Source of the DNA: Macrostomum lignano
Taxonomy: Eukaryota
Reading direction: 5' to 3'
Assembly: GCA_002269645.1 (NCBI GenBank)
Contig: NIVC01002053.1
Coordinates: forward strand, 99,837-163,836
DNA length: 64,000 nt
In this document: one piece after another, positions 59,170 to 64,000 of the stretch
How the letters are laid out: every line of letters begins with the position of its first letter
Position numbering within the stretch: position 1 is the first letter of the stretch
Made by a program: the position numbers and the translations under genes
The notes under the pieces: model-generated
Seen by the model: the letters and a program-made list of their open reading frames with translations, nothing else
Databases searched by the model: none
Told to the model about the DNA's origin: nothing

Positions 59170-62100
59170 TCACTTAACAGCCCAAGAGCAGGTGGGATTA
59201 ATCTTGAGCAGGTAATAAATCTGTGTGTTACCGGGCAGCCGGCGCTCATTGATGTTGCCGCCAACCTCGTACAGGGAGGTGGTGGAGGGGTCGCAGCCCA
59301 GCCCGTGAAGAACTTCGGCAGCGGTGGTGGACGGCGAGATTGGAACCAGCTGGCTGCGGTTGGTGCTGGCCTGGTGAACACTGATGCTTACCTTGGTGAG
59401 AGGGGGTGAAGTGGTCAGGTATGGGAAGTTGCTTGATTAGCGCCGAAGTGTGCAGGAGTGGGCAAGCGGCCTACTTTTACTAAAGGCTGTTAGTGAATTT
59501 GGGAGGCTACTGAAGGATCTGAGAGGCTACTAAAATCTGACGGGCTGTTGAAGGATCTGATGAACAGATAAGTTTAGATCTATTTATAGATCTAAAAGGG
59601 GTCACTAAAAACAGGGATTAGATTACTGAATTAGGATCAGATAAGACAGCTGAAGTATCGGATGAGACAGCTGAAGTATCGGATGGGACAGCTGAAGTAT
59701 CGGATAAGACAGCTGAAGTATCGGATGAGACAGCTGAAGTATCGGATGGGACAGCTGAAGTATCGGATAAGACAGCTGATGTATTGGATGGGGCAGCTGA
59801 AGTATCGGATAAGACAGCTGAAGTATCGGATGGGACAGCTGAAGTATCGGATGGGACAGCTGAAGTATCGGATGGGGCAGCTGAAGTATCGGATAAGACA
59901 GCTGATGTATTGGATGGGGCAGCTGAAGTATCGGATGAGACAGCTGAAGTATCGGATGGGACAGCTGAAGTATCGGATGAGACAGCTGAAGTATCGGATG
60001 GGACAGCTGAAGTATCGGATGGGGCAGCTGAAGTATCGGATGGGACAGCTGAAGTATCGGATGAGACAGCTGAAGTATCGGATGGGGCAGCTGAAGTATC
60101 GGATGAGACAGCTGAAGTATCGGATGGGACAGCTGAAGTATCGGATGAGACAGCTGAAGTATCGGATGGGACAGCTGAAGTATCGGATGAGACAGCTGAA
60201 GTATCGGATGGGACAGCTGAAGTATCGGATGGGACAGCTGAAGTATCGGATGGGACAGCTGAAGTATCGGATGAGACAGCTGAAGTATCGGATGGGACAG
60301 CTGAAGTATCGGATGAGACAGCTGAAGTATCGGATGGGACAGCTGAAGTATCGGATGGGACAGCTGAAGTATCGGATGAGACAGCTGAAGTATCGGATGG
60401 GACAGCTGAAGTATCGGATGGGACAACATGCGACAACTCACCTGCTGGTTTTGGATCGATGTCGCAGAAGTTGAGCTGTTAAACACCGGACTGTCAACAA
60501 CTGCAGCTGCCAGAGAGGATACGGGCGTTTTTGCTGCAGCAGCAGCTGCCTGCTTGCGCAACAGTTTGGCCGCCTTCTTGGCGCTGCTGGCGCCGCCGCC
60601 GCCGCTGGTGCTGGCAAGCTGGCTTAATTTATTAGGCGGCTCGCGCAACTGTTTAATTAGAAACTCTGGCACGCTCCACACTATGGTGCGATATTTAATG
60701 AGCATCTCAACTAATCCGATTAGATTGCCAGTCTCAGCCAACAGATTGGCGCCTTCTCGTTGCGCTTTCTTCGAAGATTGAATGGCGAATAAATTTGGCG
60801 CCATGACGGTTGCTATGGCTTTCAGATTCATTCGATTGTGCTTGTGCTGCTCGATTACCTGACAGAGGGTGAATTGTGTGTGGGAGATCGAATATCATAC
60901 TGATTAAGCTGAAGCTCAACTTACACAGGACTTCGCGCCGATGGGCTAGGGAGGGAGCGGGTAAGATAGAGAATAGCTGGGGCAGGGAGTAGGGAGAGAA
61001 TAGCTGGGGCAGGGGGTAGGGAGAGAATAGCTGGGGCAGGGGGTAAGGGAGAGAATAGCTTGGGTAGGGGTAAGGGAGAATAGCTGGGGCAGAGGGTAAG
61101 GGAGAGAATAACTGGGGCAGAGGGTAAGGGAGAGAATAGGTGGGGCAGGGGATAGGGAGAGAATAGCTGGGGCAGGGGGTAGGGAGAGAATAGCTGGGGC
61201 AGGGGGTAAGGGAGAGAATAGCTGGGGCAGGGGGTAGGGAGAGAATAGCTGGGGCAGGGGGTAAGGGAGAGAATAGCTGGGGCAGGGGGTAAGGGAGAGA
61301 ATAGCTGGGGCAGGGGGTAGGGAGAGAATAGCTGGGGCAGGGGTAAGGGAGAGAAAACAGGCAAAGAAAACTTGGGGTGGTTGAATATAGAGACCCAATT
61401 TCAAATCACGATATGTGGAAAAAAACTCTACACTAAAACTTAGGGTTGAAAAAAAACAATCAAGAAATGCGCAAATCATTTTCATGAGACAGACGCGCAC
61501 CTTAGCAAACAAGTCGACCATCAGGCGCAGCGTGCTACAATTAGGCGTTGGCAACAGCAGCACAAGCAGATTAAGGCCTAACAATCTGTCCATATCGTGC
61601 TGAATACAGCGCAGTTTTAAATAGAAATCTGCATAGGCTGTTGAAGTCAGCGGCTCGGGCAGCTCACGCAGGAAGGCCTTCAACAGGCCGGCTAGGTCGT
61701 GCCAGTCAGCGGTCAGACGCTGATGCTGCTGCTCGGTGTCGGCCATCAGCGCCTTGATGCCGGCTGACTCGGCCCGCTCCCTGGCCTGGCGGATTCTCTG
61801 CAGCGAGCCGGGGACGCGGAACAGGCCTTCGGTGCGCAGCGCTTCCGGCCGTTCAAGCTGACCGACAATCCAGCGGACCAGCTGAGGCACCCCGTCGCTA
61901 CTGGAGCTGCCGCTCTCCTTAGCAACCAGCTGGTCAAGCGGCACGCCGAAACAGCTGGCAACAACAGAGCGCCGCGAAGCCGACCGGCCGCGTGACGACG
62001 GCTTCCTAAACGCCGGATCGCAGTCGTATTTATCGAACAGGGCGGCCAGCTCCAGGTGGGCCAGAGCTCGAATCTGCTGCCTATCTGGCTCGCTGAAATC

Positions 62101-63065
62101 GAATATGCTGGCATTGCCCAGGCGGTTGTTGGGCAGTACGAAGGTCGGGTATTGCTCAAGGCCCGACGTGGCAACAGGTGTAGCACCGCTGCTGCTTACA
62201 GATGGAGCCTGTGAGGGAGAGGACAGAGAAAAACAGTGAACGAGTAGTAGCGTGTGGTCCGTGTGGAATTAAAACAATTTTTGAAGGCCGATCGATTGTA
62301 ATTTGTCAAATTGAAAATAAATAATAAAAGATGACAATAAAAATAAGCCCCTGATCCTCTGGCAAGGCGGCCAGGTGTGACAGACAGCGACACGGTCTGT
62401 ATGATAATTACCTGATCTGCGTGTAGTGGCGTTGCCCCGGCAACAGGCGCTGCAGTTCGTCCCGTCACTTGCAGCAGATCGTCCTCCGAGTCGCCGGTGT
62501 CCTCCGATCCGGTGTCCGCGTCGGCAACGCCCGAAGTTGCCGCTGCTGTCCCGGCGACCCCAGCCTCGCTGAACAGCTGTCTAACATCCTGCCTAGAGGC
62601 CAGGCCTCGTTTAGCTTTCAAAGTAGCGATCCGCTTCATCACGGCATTGAGCTGCTTCCTGCTCATTCTTTGATAGTGCGCGTCTAGTGCCGAATCTGCG
62701 GCGCTTAAATCGGCCCCAGCTTGATGATCGCCGATGGCGTTTGACGATGCCGTCGACGCTGACTCGGTCGACGTTGACATTGGCGACGATTGCAATAGTC
62801 GGCGAGCGATGTCGGCCAGCAGCGGTGAGCCGGTCTGTTCGAGCCAGTCCGCCGCGCTCTCGGCTTCGTCCGGGGTGCGCGAGTCCAGCTCATCATCGTC
62901 AGACTGGTAGCCGGCACCGTTGCGCCAGCTGCGGACGGCCGCAAGCTCGGCCGCGAACTCGCCGCTGCTACTGCTCGGCTCGCTGCACAGGCCGCTGTCG
63001 GCGCCGCCGCCGCCGCCGCCGCCGTTTTGGCTGCCGTTTTTGCCCAGTTGCTGTGCCTTGGCAGC
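59170..63065 (-). CDS. Rho GTPase-activating protein, ARHGAP18/28/40 (conundrum) family; 5' end not resolved
   Basis: Exons 63065-62412, 62208-61501, 60858-60442, 59391-59170, all phase 0. Motifs RTPDEAE..DWLEQTG, SRKQLNAVMKRI, DRQQIRALAHLELAALFD, TEGLFRVPG, HDLAGLLKAFLRELPEPL, NRMNLKAIATVMAPNLF and LYEVGGNINERRL...LLKINP...WAVK. Confidence 0.92.
59635..60422. repeat. 21-bp minisatellite in the last RhoGAP intron
   Basis: Unit acagctgaagtatcggatggg. Confidence 0.95.
60965..61355. repeat. 27-28-bp G-rich minisatellite in a RhoGAP intron
   Basis: Unit gggagagaatagctggggcaggggta(a). Confidence 0.95.
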
Positions 63066-63899
63066 CTATAGGCGGGGGGGGGGAGTTAACGAGCATAGTA
63101 GCTGGGCCTGTGCCTGAACTGAACGTTAAAAAGTAATCTACGCTACATATCGGTAGCTGATCTAGTCTGGGTAAGACTCTACCACCCGTCAATTCTTCTA
63201 AATCCCTCTTTGAGAACTCCTCCTGAACTCTTAAAAGCAATTTACGCTACATGTCGGTAGTGGGCTATTCGGGAAAACTACTTCGTACTATATCCTGATG
63301 TCTATCTAGTCAAGGCAGCACTCTTAAGACACTAATTACTAAATGATTAAATTACTTAAACAATTTACGCTACATATCGGTAGTCAATAATCACATTATA
63401 TATAATAGTTAGACTTTATTTATCAACATAAAATAGGTATATGATCATATGATTATACGTAATGTATTGACATACAAAGACCGAAAAGAAGATGCCTCAT
63501 AATACAAGACCAACTTATACCAAATTACAGTATATAAGTAGCCGCAGCTGGCAGATGCTTGCTTGAAGAGTTTAAAAATGGCGCAGACGAAGATTAAGAG
63601 ACTCTGTTTTTATATTATAAAGTTTGGATCCCGATAGCTTTAATAAAACTCAATACAAGTCAGCGAATTGAAAGCTACTCGAGTATATATATGCTACTAA
63701 CAATAGCAGTAAATTCCGCGGATCGCATTGAAAAACATTTATATTAGGCGGCAAAAATAATCTATAACTAACATAATAAAACCAGTTATATTGAGATCAT
63801 TGGATATAAGCTGTGAAAATCATAAATTCCATTCCATTAGTAACGACAACCAAATTTTAATAATACTGCGAACATCAAAACGGAGATAGAACACAAATA

Positions 63900-64000
63900 T
63901 TACTGGAGGTCCTGGGTTCGATTTCTCTCCCCTTAGCCGCTGCGCGAATCGCAGGACGCCAGCATTAGCTGATAGACAGTCTCCAATCGCTGGTCCAGCA
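63900..64000 (+). mobile_element. tRNA-derived SINE fragment
   Basis: B box gggttcgattt followed by gccagcattagctg, which is shared with the SINE at 25441. Confidence 0.55.

Noticed and set aside
13680-61355. Regular repeat arrays as CRISPR loci
   Set aside because: The units are head-to-tail with no unique spacers, there are no cas genes, and the context is eukaryotic introns.

Overview
Eukaryotic (metazoan invertebrate) genomic DNA with GC-rich exons, AT-rich spacers and minisatellite-filled introns. The style resembles a flatworm such as Macrostomum, but that is an inference from composition only. Spliced genes reconstructed by eye with consistent intron phases: a TRAK/Milton kinesin adaptor (+, 12 exons, 11495-23334), bystin (+, 4 exons, 33224-39683), an achaete-scute-like bHLH (+, 2 exons), STN1 of the CST complex (-, 4 exons, 46682-51065) and a 5'-incomplete ARHGAP18/28-like RhoGAP (-, 59170-63065). 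A secreted GH23/lysozyme-like + VWA + GPI-signal gene carries an apparent microhomology frameshift (+, 43960-45565), and there are two orphan ORFs. Mobile DNA: an RNase H-bearing LINE with an 80-bp flanking direct repeat, an intact endonuclease-less RT ORF upstream of bystin, a tRNA-derived CORE-like SINE, a hAT MITE, a deleted mariner, and a 279-bp TIR element carrying a piece of 28S rRNA that spans the R2/I-PpoI target site. Most notable: the lysozyme-VWA surface protein, the 28S-fragment MITE, and one distinct minisatellite per intron, several built from splice-signal-like units. No CRISPR arrays or prokaryotic operons are present. All homology calls come from recalled motifs, not database searches.
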